This document shows positions 1 through 19,200 of a stretch of 64,000 nucleotides of DNA, piece by piece (positions within the stretch are counted from its first letter, which is position 1; each line of letters begins with the position of its first letter). A model generated the notes under the pieces. That model ran no database searches. It saw only the letters and a list, made by a program, of their open reading frames with translations, and was not told where the DNA came from. The translations under genes and the position numbers were made by a program. This DNA comes from Tubulanus polymorphus (lineage: Eukaryota; Animalia; Nemertea): NCBI RefSeq assembly GCF_964204645.1, contig NW_027437462.1:27001-91000 (forward strand), in the 5' to 3' direction.

Positions 1-1123
1 ACATTCCGGTGGTCTGATTAAACAAACATTTATTGCTTATAAAGCCAGTAATGTTAAGTTGCCCAAGTTCGAAACATTTCTACAAGTTGGAGGAAAAACC
101 GCCGCTAACGTTAATATCGATGACATCGTTAAATTCCGACCGTCAAATTCAGCATCAGGAAAACTGATATATCGTTATTATAGCGGGTTCGAACCCGTAT
201 ATATCAATAAATAATTACAGGTATAAATCACTTTAAACTTCACTGGATTTGAACCCATTGGCTAAACAATAAACAATATCAATTTCAATATCATATTATT
301 TCGAATCCGAAACACTAACACTAGGTTCGAAAAATTGCGTAACACGTTTTTGGGGATATTTCGATACTTCAATTATTTGCTAAAATCTTTATTACGGTAA
401 TTGAAACAATGCTCACTTGGAATTAGGAACTAAAGCATTTATTATTAGAAAATAGTCTAAGATCCTGAGGGTCCTTATGAGCACCCCCTCCCCTTGTCAC
501 AATAATGTAACAAACGTTTTGACCCCCGAACCACGCGTTTTTCGAATAGCTTCATGTAGCATACGCACCAGCTACACTTCAATTCAAGCGCATCGATGGG
601 TTCTGCTGTGCATCGGGATTTCTCCAACTTTATAGCGCGCCGGGAATTCATGGTTCATTCTGTATCTATACGACTTAATAAATCCTAAATTTGAACCGAA
701 TTACGCAAAATAAAATCTGCTGTTACAATTAAATATTGTGTCTCAGTAATATATTCATTATTCGTCAACGGTGTTGCTCACACCTGCTCGGAGCCCTCCC
801 ATTCACACCTGATTTCAGGGTGCCGCACCTGCCAGGAGTCCCCTTGTAAGGCCTCCACCTCACCTGCCAGAAGCCCATGTGAACCCTCCGTCTCGATGAA
901 TGGTCTATTTACTATATGTAAGTGGTTGTGCCTGCACACACGACACACACACACATGTAGTCGTGCAATATGCATGAATTTATAACGAGTCATATTGGAG
1001 CGATTATAGGTTATATATTAGTTATACTGATCCCTGGAATACATATTGGTACGTATAAACACCGCTAGATGTCACTATGTATGTTAATCGCGCTCAGATT
1101 TAAATACTCTTTGTTTATTTCAG

Positions 1124-1914
1124 GATCAATACTGTATTTTTGGACGCCATATAAACGCGATTTGGTAGATACCCTCACTTGCCGGTGCCCGTGTTTTGAT
1201 ACTATATTTAAAGGTAATGTTTTCTCATGAATCATTCGTTGGGGTCCTGGTGCTGCCACCTATAACTACTGATCTGTAAACTATCTATTTTCAGGTTCGT
1301 ACGAGAATTTTCCCTCGAAATATAAACATATATACTTCAACGCCACCTGGAATACATGGAAGATTTGGTCGATAACATTTCTCGCAGGGGTCGTTCTTTA
1401 CGAAGCGGTTAAACGATTAATTCATCTGTTCACCACTAGGAGGCTACGCTGGCAGTTTTTAATGTTATTCATAGTCGCGTTTTATTCGCACTATTTTTCG
1501 TGGTGGGTTTATTTTAATTATCTGAATGATGATTTCTATAAACAATGGTTCCATCAGTTATTTTTCACGGTCTCTGAATTCGTTTCAAGTTTCATCGTTT
1601 TTCAATTATGCGATTGTAATATTGAAATCACGTGGTATAAATTATTGATTATAATTACGATCAGTTTAACACATATCGTAATCAGCTGCGTTGATCAATT
1701 TATTCAACATATATTCTATTCTAAAGGTTGGCGTCATCAGATAATCCGTGACTTGGGTTTAATGATTCCCGATTTGTTACACTTATTCATTCCTTTATTT
1801 CATGTATTAAAATGTTTAAATCAATCAGGGATTAAACGACGTCAGTTAATTAAAGATTTAATAACAGCTTTAATTTTCATTGTTGTAATTGTACCATTGA
1901 TCAGTTTTCTGTAA
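1124..1914 (+). CDS. Uncharacterised multi-pass membrane protein (last two coding exons, about 1124-1213 and 1295-1914; 5' exon not resolved)
   Basis: AG/GT-bounded exons splice to SILYFWTPYKRDLVDTLTCRCPCFDTIFKG-SYENFPSKYKHIYFNATWNTWKIW..., then several hydrophobic helices (HYFSWWVYFNYLNDDFYKQWFHQLFFTVSE). AATAAA follows the stop. Start codon not identified. Confidence 0.7.
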
Positions 1915-2204
1915 AAATAAATTCAGGTATTTTTGTATAATCTATTATTTCCTGTATCATTTTTCAGCCCCTGTCCCTATAATTCAACTCTAACCGTGGT
2001 ATTTTTATTGTGGTCCAACATTCAACAAAAACAAACGATTTCTGAAAATATCACAGTAATTTTTTCTATTTCTAAATCAATTACAAAAGTTTTATTAACA
2101 ATAATATAATTGGACGGATTAACAATAGATGGCACTAGTGTAGTAAGTAGTAAGGCACACGAGGTCTATATAAATGAGATTGATAATAGATGGCGCTTTA
2201 AGGA

Positions 2205-8557
<6,353 letters not shown>

Positions 8558-10495
8558 TTTCACTCTTTTTACAAAACTGTAATTAAATAATAACATCACA
8601 ATCAGACGCTGGGTTTGGGTTAAAACCAGCAGAGATTTTGGAGAGAGGTTGGTGATGAGGTGGTAATATAAAATGTATTGAATTGGAATTGATCGGATGA
8701 AAACATTATTCCTCATACCTAACGAGCGCGTAATAATCACTAATCCGGCTTGTTAATCCATTATAATCCGACCCATTAATCTATTCTAATCCGCGCTTAA
8801 TTCTATTATGTATTTATAATCGTATCAGTAGCAAAAATCATTTGAGCAGAAATTCGAAGAAATAATAGTGAGTGCATCGCCTAATATTCATGCACGGCTA
8901 CAAATAGATCATAATAAAGTACGTGTAAAATTCAAACTGTATCAAATAAATCGAGTTCCTAATTCAACTATAAATAAATATCGATTAAGACAATTTATCA
9001 CGTATCTAATCAATCATAGACATACATTTTAATTAAAAACGTATCAATGCGCTTCTGTAATTCGGTCTCATCGTAACTAAGGCGACCATCTCTGATGTAT
9101 CGAGTTCGAATCCCATATTTATTGAATAAACCACAGGCTCGGGTTTACTACTCACCTGGCGAATTGTTTTGGATTAGTAACAGATGATAATTTTTTCTGA
9201 GTTGATTCCGCCATTATAAACTCCTGCACAGACAGGTCTCTCCTCTGACTTCCTTCCAATAACTATAATAGAAGTTTTAACTCAACAACACGCGCTCTCT
9301 CTATTTGAAAGTTATATTTACACGATCAATAAAACTAAGAAATCACGAAATATTGACATTTTGAATATAATAAACTTTTATTTCGTATAGTTCTATATCA
9401 TTACATACAAGTGTTTTAATAGTAAATCGACTCGACTCAATAATATCCCGAGAATATCAATATGTTTAGAGAATCTCGATATATAACAAGAATCTCAATA
9501 TATCTCGAGATTCAGTATATATCAAGAATCTTAATATATCGAGAGACTCTCAGTATATATAGAAATAATAAAGAGAATCTCGATGCATTTTGAGAATGTC
9601 GTCAATATATCGCATGAATCTCAGTTTATATTGAGAATCTCGATATACGTTTCACTGCACTAAAAGTTTCAAACACTAAATAGAGGGTTAATATTCAACA
9701 CTTAAGGAGTTAATTGAGAGATAATTCGTTTTTAACATCAAATTCTTTGATCAAAAGTTTGAAGTGTTCTGATTGGTTAATTATGAACACAAAACAACCC
9801 GAAATTATCTCGCAATAAATACCTCAAATAGATATATATTATATATACATATATTTACAGCGCCATCTAGGGGCATATTCAGGAACTTCATTCACACCCG
9901 ATTAAAACTGGTCCCGCAGTGGTCCCCGAAACAGTAATCTATTATCTCCACGGATACCGGTAGTTACTGATCTAATTGTTAGACAATAATCGAAACCGTA
10001 AAAACAAAGAATTGTAAATTCGAAAATCAAATCTAAAACTAAAACCTAAACACCGACCCCTCCCCCCTCCCTTGATGCGTACGTAATATATGAATGACCC
10101 CCTAAACATGTTTCGTCATTTAAAACATTTATATAAACAAATATGAATTTAAAAATTCAGTGATCATCGTTAGAAACAACAGACAAACTATAGAATCTCC
10201 ATAGCAACGAGCAACAATATTACTCTGTATCTATAGACTATATATATATATACAGTACAACATAGTAACAATTCAGGAGTTGAGGACACCAGTCCAACAA
10301 TTTCAGGACACCAGTCTAATAAAGACGACTCCTAGTCATGTGGCGCCGTCTTTGATATATTACTCGAACCATAATTAAACTGTACAAACATTAAAATCGT
10401 CAATGATTGCTGGTATTATATTCCTGTTGTAACGCTACAACGGTTGTCAGGGTTTTCTAATCCGGGATTAGTAACTATGATAGTCGTCGTGGTCG

Positions 10496-13400
10496 TTAAT
10501 CCGGCGGTAGTAGCTCATGTAGATGGAATCGATTTTTGATATGAGGACGAACGTCTTCTTTCTGAAAAAATTCATCTCATTTTATAAGAAGATATTTGAT
10601 AATCACAAAATCTCGTTAATCTCGCATTAATTCTTACCATGGAAACTAAACTTTCTAAAAACGGTAACATTTTCATTAATTCACTATCGTTATTATCGGT
10701 GAACCAACTTTCAATCGGTATTCCATTCCATAACTACAAATAAACAACAAACAATCATTAATCATGAATCAGTTCAAAAACAAACGACAATCGCAGCTTA
10801 CGATCGTTTTGTTGTTACCTGGTAACCGAATGCTTGCGGCGAATTATCAACAATGATCGTTTTTTCGAGATCTCGACCGAGAATTTTCAGATCCTTGATA
10901 TAATTACCGTTAACACAAACGCAATGTTCACGAAACAGACGATGCCTAAAAAATATCAAATCATTATTATTATCGATATAGCGTTATTGGATATATCGTG
11001 AGGCATCTAGAAATATCTTACTTGATCCATTTTTTATCCGGATCTAAAAGATTCATCAATTTATCGGCGTAAACTTTCTTCGAAGCAGTAAATAGAATCA
11101 CTTCGAATAATTGAGAAACTCGGTTGAGAAATTCTTTAAAAAATGGTCGCGTTCGAACAAACACCTATAAATAATCAATAGTCAATCAATAATCAATCAA
11201 TAATTGAACGCTATGGTTTATTGATTACTGGTGTGTAAATAAATACCTGATACGTGACATCTTGAAATACAACAGGAAAAACAAAAGCAGCTTCATCCAT
11301 TTTATTCAGACTACAGTGAACTAATGTCTCATCCTATAATAAAACATGATTATATAACAAACAGTCGCTCCACGTGATCCACGTAGCTCCACGTGGATAA
11401 AACAACACAATACATACCAAATCTAGAACTAGTGAGAATTCTGGAGTACTGCGAGTTTTCAGAGGTAAAGCTGGAGCTCGTGCCCTCATTTCATCTGTTA
11501 ATGGTGGAAGATGCTTTATAAAATAATACCTGAAATTTAAAAGGACACAAATGAGGAGGTTGTTCAAGTAGGCAGTAGGTTCAAGTAGGTTGTAGGTTCA
11601 AGTAGGTTGTAGGTTCAAGTAGGTTGTAGGTTCAAGTAGGCAGTAGGTTTAAGTAGGCTGTAGGTATGAGTCAGGCTGTAGGTATGAGTCAGGCTGTAGG
11701 TTCAAGTAGGCTGTAGGTACGGCAGTAGGTACGGCTGTATGACATGCTGAAATACTTACGGATCAAACGTTTCAAACTCCGCATTTTCAACCGTTTCTTG
11801 CTGCGAATCGTCATCGTTGTCATAGTTACCAGTTGTATTGTTGTAAACGTCCTCAGTTTCTGGGCACGGTAACAACAATGGAACGGGTTGATCAATAGGT
11901 GGCGCCTCGTTCTCTTTACACGATGATTCACTACTCGAACCGGAATCATTCAACGATTCATCATCGTCATCGCTGAACTCTTTCGCTAATTCATCTTCAT
12001 CTTCCTCGTCTCCTAGTAACACAACAATCGCAGTCAGTTCAATTCAATTTTCAAATGAGTTTCACCCCCTGGTGTTGAAAAAACTCACCATCTTTATCGA
12101 AGTATTGAAACACCGGTGAAAACAGCTGACCTAGAATAGTTCCCTTAGTGCGTACAGGTGTCGCCGGTGGTTTCGTCGTGGTCGTTCGTTGTTTACCTAT
12201 GAGAGATGAAACTGCCGCTATCAATCTCCATTCGCTAATAGGTGGCGCTGATACCGCTACTGCTGTAAACATACACACATTCATTCACACTCATACACCA
12301 TGCATTCACCACTAGGGGGAGCTGCTGTCAGGGGATTCACTTACCTGTACTACGAGATCTGGCTTTTTGTTTTTTAGGCTGCGGTGACGATGTTATGAGA
12401 TCAGCGCCCTCTATCTGTCGTTTGTTCACCTATCAATAATATATAGATATATAATTACCACGGAAATGATTGATAATAGTTGACGTAATAGATTGTTGGA
12501 GGGGGGCGCGTTACGGACCTGTTTAACCCCAGTCGATGACCACGGAATTAAATTCTTGATTGTTGTAAATAAACCAGCAGCAGCAGCAGCGGCGGTTGTC
12601 GACGACGACGACTCCTGCAAAACAATCACACATTTTTATTACAACACCACAGAATGTGAGCGTATGACTGATCAGTCTGACTCAAGGGAGTCTGACCTGA
12701 AGGATCAGTCAGACTCAAGGGAGTCTGACCTGAAGGGTCAGTCAGACTCAAGGGAGTCTGACCTGAAGGATCAGTCAGACTCAAGGGAGTCTGACCTGAA
12801 GGATCAGTCAGACTCAAGGGAGTCTGACCTGAAGGGTCAGTCTGACTCAAGGGAGTCTGACCTGAACGATCAGTCAGACTCAAGGGAGTCTGACCTGAAG
12901 GGTCAGTCTGACTCAAGGGAGTCCGACCTGAAGGATCAGTCAGACTCAAGGGAGTCTGACCTGAAGGATCAATCAGACTCAAGGGAGTCCGACCTGAAGG
13001 ATCAGTCAGACTCAAGAGAGTCTGACCTGAACGATCAGTCAGACTCAAGGGAGTCTGACCTGAAGGGTCAGTCTGACTCAAGGGAGTCTGACCTGAACGA
13101 TCAGTCAGACTCAAGGGAGTCTGACCTGAACGATCAGTCAGACTCAAGGGAGTCCGACCTGAACGATCAGTCAGACTCAAGGGAGTCTGACCTGAACGAT
13201 CAGTCAGACTCAAGAGAGTCTGACCTGAACGATCAGTCAGACTCAAGGGAGTCTGACCTGAAGGATCAATCAGACTCAAGGGAGTCCGACCTGAAGGATC
13301 AGTCAGACTCAAGAGAGTCTGACCTGAACGATCAGTCAGACTCAAGGGAGTCCGACCTGAACGATCAGTCAGACTCAAGGGAGTCTGACCTGAAGGGTCA

Positions 13401-14269
13401 ATCAGACTCAAGGGAGTCTGACCTGAACGATCAGTCAGACTCAAGGGAGTCTGACCTGAACGATCAGTCAGACTCAAGAGAGTCTGACCTGAACGATCAG
13501 TCAGACTCAAGGGAGTCCGACCTGAACGATCAGTCAGACTCAAGGGAGTCTGACCTGAACGATCAGTCAGACTCAAGGGAGTCCGACCTGAAGGGTCAGT
13601 CAGACTCAAGAGAGTCCGACCTGAACGATCAGTCAGACTCAAGGGAGTCCGACCTGAAGGATCAGTCTGACTCAAGGGAGTCCGACCTGAAGGATCAGTC
13701 AGACTCAAGAGAGTCCGACCTGAACGATCAGTCAGACTCAAGGGAGTCCGACCTGAAGGATCAGTCTGACTCAAGGGAGTCCGACCTGAACGATCAGTCA
13801 GACTCAAGGGAGTCCGACCTGAAGGATCAGTCAGACTCAAGAGAGTCTGACCTGAACGATCAGTCAGACTCAAGGGAGTCTGACCTGAAGGGTCAGACAG
13901 ACTCAAGGGAGTCTGACCTGAACGATCAGTCAGACTCAAGGGAGTCCGACCTGAACGATCAGTCAGACTCAAGGGAGTCCGACCTGAACGATCAGTCTGA
14001 CTCAAGGGAGTCTGACCTGAACGATCAGTCAGACTCAAGGGAGTCTGACCTGAAGGGTCAGTCAGACTCAAGGGAGTCTGACCTGAAGGGTCAGTCAGAC
14101 TCAAGGGACTACAAAAGGAATCTGAAATCGATATAAATTTAATCCTAACCTGTTTTTTATTCTCTAACAATAAAACAGCGTTCTGTTTTTTAACTTTCAC
14201 TAAATTCGTCCTTTTAGTCGTTCTCAACGGTTTATCAGTGCTGTTACCATGACGACTGCGTAACTTCAT
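10496..14269 (-). CDS. CTDSPL2: CTD small phosphatase-like 2 (SCP4), multi-exon; non-coding 5' exons probably extend to about 15700
   Basis: N-terminus MKLRSR. Exons give [46 protein letters not shown]|DETLVHCS (HAD DxDxT motif split by an intron), [62 protein letters not shown] and end [21 protein letters not shown]. Confidence 0.93.
12668..14109. repeat. Intronic minisatellite, 33-nt unit containing the hairpin GTCAGACTC-AAGG-GAGTCTGAC
   Basis: About 43 copies between the CTDSPL2 donor (~14149) and acceptor (~12615). It explains the 547-aa and 572-aa ORFs. Confidence 0.95.
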
Positions 14270-15401
14270 TGTTGGTGTTGGTCGATCGCAGTACAGTACC
14301 ACGTCCTGTCGCCTGGTATTGTATTGTTCTGAAATAAATCTCAAACCTGTTTATAACTTGTCATTGAACCTACAGTTTGATCTTATCAATACTTATCAAG
14401 TTCATCTTATCAGTGTCTAAACAAACAATAGAAGTTCAATTGAATATTGGCAGATTACCTAAATCTGAAGAAAGGTTAGGATGAAGAATGGTGGGGAGGG
14501 AGGGGAGGGGGGAGGGGGGTACTGATCTGGTTCTTACTTACATCAATAAAATTAAAGTAAAAACATTTCACCTGTAACAGACTATAATCTAGTGTAAGTT
14601 CCATTGATTGCGATTGGTTGTAATGATCTGTGCTTACTGCTGGGCTGATGTAACGACAGTCCTCATTGGCTTACTAACCCTAACCCTAGGTCCAGGCCTC
14701 TGATAGGTCACTGATTGTTAGTGTGTGTCACACACTGACAGTTGTAAACAGATGATTTAGGGACCCATTCATAAATTTGTGTAAATCCAGTTTGGTTTCA
14801 ATTCATAAACATTACTTAAATAAATATAATCCAAATAAATTTATGAATTAAAATGTTTAAAACTTTTACTAATTGATTACTTTACCCTAATCCTGACTGT
14901 CCTTTAGTACAAACATTAGATAACCTGTATCATCACACACAGAGTTTATATAGAAGTCTTACCTTGTGAAACACATAAATATATCCAATAACTATTTGAC
15001 AATAATCATTAGTGTAAATAGTGATTGAGATGTTGAGTAGAGCTGATTAGTCACTAACTGAACAGCAGCAGCTGGATACCAGTGTGAGTAGAGGGTGGAT
15101 AGACTGAACCACCCAAACCATCCACCAAACTGTCAATAATTAGTGAGTGACACTAATTAACAGTTAGATGAGCATCATCTATATCTGAGTATTCACCCCC
15201 CCCCCCCCCAAAGAGCCGTATAGCCTGTTATAGGAATTATTATCAAACTTGATAGATCAATCAGAAATTGACTACCTATAATCTATTGAATCTCGTGGTT
15301 GGTTTCATTTTCTCATCCACCAATTTTAGGTTAGATTCATTCCATTACATAGCTCGACTCTGTGTATAGAGCAGCCCTAGGGCTGGAGAGCTTTAGGTTA
15401 G

Positions 15402-15432
<31 letters not shown>

Positions 15433-16262
15433 CCAGCAGCAGCACCAGCAGGGTTTGAAGAGGCAGAAAATCGATGAAACTATGGCTCGAATTCCAAGTC
15501 GTTTTTTCTACAGTTTAAACCGATTTATCGCTATCAAAACATTCGCGATCTTTTACTGCAGATACTAAACAGTAAACATTACTTACTGAAACTGTTAATT
15601 CGCGAGCATTTGAACGTAAAATCCCGGGTAATTTAAAACAGCAGCAGCAGCGTCGCTTCCTCCCTCTTCACGCCATTACTACGGCTATTATTCATCGCGC
15701 ATGCGCTAATCCTCATAGCCGATCAATTAAATTAGTTAATTTTTAGACGAATTAAACAAAAAACAATCAAAGAACAAAAATATTGGGTGAAAAACGATTT
15801 ATTTATGATCTAAAAGTGGACGGAAATAAGGCGCGATCGTCGGAGAATATAAATCAATCTATAAATATAACTTACAGAAAATACCGAGTAGTTTCGATCG
15901 ATAACTGCAGATGGCAGCACCTACTGGCAAGTGCGTTTTAACTCTCATCATTGTAAACATAATAAAATAATCTTGTTCTTTTATACAATTGCACAAAATA
16001 ATTATAATTTCAACAATTTTTACAAAATATATTATAAAACGTCATCCTAACAACAACAGTAACAACAAATAACCCTAAAAAAGTTGAGTTGAGCTACAAT
16101 AATAAAACTGTATCAATTACAACAACTTTCAGGCAAAGATAGTGTGATATAAATAACCCTGCATTGACAATATAGGGAGTATTATGTGGGAAGGGATATA
16201 AGGGAGCGAGGGGAGTGAGGAGGGGGGAAAGAGGGAGTTAGGGGGGGCGGGCTGAGCATTGA

Positions 16263-19200
16263 TCACTGATCAGAACTCGATTGTTCTCTCTTCTTGCGGC
16301 TGCGTCGAGCTCTCAGTTTTTCCTGAAGTCCCTGATCCATTCTTAACTTATTCATTTCTTGAGCTCGTTGGAAATCTTCCATTTGTTGTTCGTGTTGAGC
16401 TTGAAGAGCTGATATATCACCTGTTAATATCAATTATCATATTTCAGATCAAAATATCAAAATATCGAATGTAGTCACACAAGTTTTTGAATAAAGATTT
16501 TTACCGAATAAATCTTCTTGCGTCGGAGCAGGAGCTAATTCAGAAAGAGGCAGCGGAGATGGAGTCTGATCAATAGCGGCGCCACCTGCAGGAATATCTG
16601 CTGCAACAGGTGCAGAATCAGAAACATCTTCATCAACGGTTTCATCAGTTTTAGAAATATCTGGAGCTGCATCATCACCCTAAAATATACATAACAGATA
16701 GACAGTGTTAGTGACAGCTACTGTCACAGATAGACAGTGTTAGTGACAGCTACTGTCACAAATAGACAGTGTTAGTGACAGCTACTGTCACAAATATACA
16801 GTGTTAGTGACAGCTACTGTCACAGATAGACCGTGTAAGTGACAGCTACTGTCACAGATAGACCGTGTTAGTGACAGCTACTGTCACAGATAGACCGTGT
16901 TAGTGACAGCTACTGTCACAGATAGACCGTGTTAGTGACAGCTACTGTCACAGATAGACCGTGTTAGTGACAGCTACTGTCACAGATAGACCGTGTTAGC
17001 GACAGCTTTCACAGATAGACAGCTAAAAGTCACATACTGTCACCAATAGTGACAGTAACTAAACTTACCGATTGTAAATCACCAGCATGAGAAACGTCAT
17101 CAGCAGTAAACAATAACATAACGTCATGTGACTGATCTTCAGATGATTTCAATACAGTAAATTCATCTGTAAATAAATAAAACAACTACAATTATAATCA
17201 GTGAGGCTGGACGGATAAATAGAGAGATAATCAGTGAGGCTGGACGGATAAATAGAGATAATCAGTGAGGCTGGATGGATAAATAGAGAGATAATCAGTG
17301 AGACTGGATGGATAAATAGAGAGATAATCAGTGAGGCTGGATGGATAAATAGAGAGATAATCACTGAGGCTGGACAGATAAATAGAGAGATAATCAGTGA
17401 GGCTGGATGGATAAATAGAGAGATAATCAGTGAGGCTGGACGGATAAATAGAGAGATAATCACTGAGACTGGACAGATAAATAGAGAGATAATCAGTGAG
17501 GCTGGATGGATAAATAGAGAGATAATCAGTGAGGCTTGGATGGATAAATAGAGAGATAATCAGTGAGGCTGGATGGATAAATAGAGAGATAATCACTGAG
17601 GCTGGACAGATAAATAGAGAGATAATCAGTGAGGCTGGATGGATAAATAGAGAGATAATCAGTGAGGCTGGATGGATAAATAGAGAGATAATCAGTGAGG
17701 CTTGGATGGATAAATAGAGAGATAATCAGTGAGGCTGGATGGATAAATAGAGAGATAATCAGTGAGGCTTGGATGGATAAATAGAGAGATAATCAGTGCT
17801 GCTGGATGGATAGATAGAGAGATAATCAGTGAGGCTGGATGGATAAATAGAGAGATAATCAGTGAGGCTGGACGGATAAATAGAGAGATAATCAGTGAGA
17901 CTGGATGGATAAATAGAGAGATAATCAGTGAGGCTGGACAGATAAATAGAGAGATAATCAGTGCTGCTGGATGGATAAATAGAGAGATAATCACTGAGGC
18001 TGGACAGATAAATAGAGAGATAATCACTGAGGCTGGACAGATAAATAGAGAGATAATCAGTGAGGCTGGATGGATAAATAGAGAGATAATCAGTGAGGCT
18101 GGATGGATAAATAGAGAGATAATCAGTGAGGCTTGGATGGATAAATAGAGAGATAATCAGTGCTGCTGGATGGATAAATAGAGAGATAATCAGTGCTGCT
18201 GGATGGATAAATAGAGAGATAATCAGTGAGGCTGGATGGATAAATAGAGAGATAATCAGTGAGGCTGGATGGATAAATAGAGAGATAATCACTGTGACTG
18301 GATGGATAAATAGAGAGATAATCAGTGAGGCTGGATGGATAAATAGAGAGATAATCAGTGAGGCTGGATGGATAAATAGAGAGATAATCAGTGAGGCTTG
18401 GATGGATAAATAGAGAGATAATCAGTGAGGCTTGGATGGATAAATAGAGAGATAATCAGTGAGGCTTGGATGGATAAATAGAGAGATAATCAGTGAGGCT
18501 GGATGGATAAATAGAGAGATAATCAGTGAGGCTGGATGGATAAATAGAGAGATAATCAGTGAGGCTTGGATGGATAAATAGAGAGATAATCAGTGAGGCT
18601 TGGATGGATAAATAGAGAGATAATCAGTGAGGCTTGGATGGATAGATAGAGAGATAATCAGTGAGGCTGGATGGATAAATAGAGAGATAATCAGTGCTGC
18701 TGGATGGATAAATAGAGAGATAATCAGTGAGGCTGGATGGATAAATAGAGAGATAATCAGTGAGGCTTGGATGGATAGATAGAGAGATAATCAGTGAGGC
18801 TGGATGGATAAATAGAGAGATAATCAGTGCTGCTGGATGGATAAATAGAGAGATAATCAGTGAGGCTGGATGGATAAATAGAGAGATAATCAGTGCTGCT
18901 GGATGGATAAATAGAGAGATAATCAGTGAGGCTGGATGGATAAATAGAGAGATAATCAGTGAGGCTGGATGGATAAATAGAGAGATAATCAGTGAGGCTT
19001 GGATGGATAAATAGAGAGATAATCAGTGCTGCTGGATGGATAAATAGAGAGATAATCAGTGAGGCTGGACGGATAAATAGAGAGATAATCAGTGAGGCTT
19101 GGATGGATAAATAGAGAGATAATCAGTGCTGCTGGATGGATAAATAGAGAGATAATCAGTGAGGCTGGACGGATAAATAGAGAGATAATCAGTGAGGCTT

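Noticed and set aside
12493-14344. 547-aa ([11 protein letters not shown])n and 572-aa antisense ORFs
   Set aside because: They are translations of a 33-nt minisatellite lying between clear CTDSPL2 donor and acceptor sites.
15362-15568. Poly-Q ORF
   Set aside because: A CAG microsatellite antisense within the CTDSPL2 5' region; GTG start and no other support.
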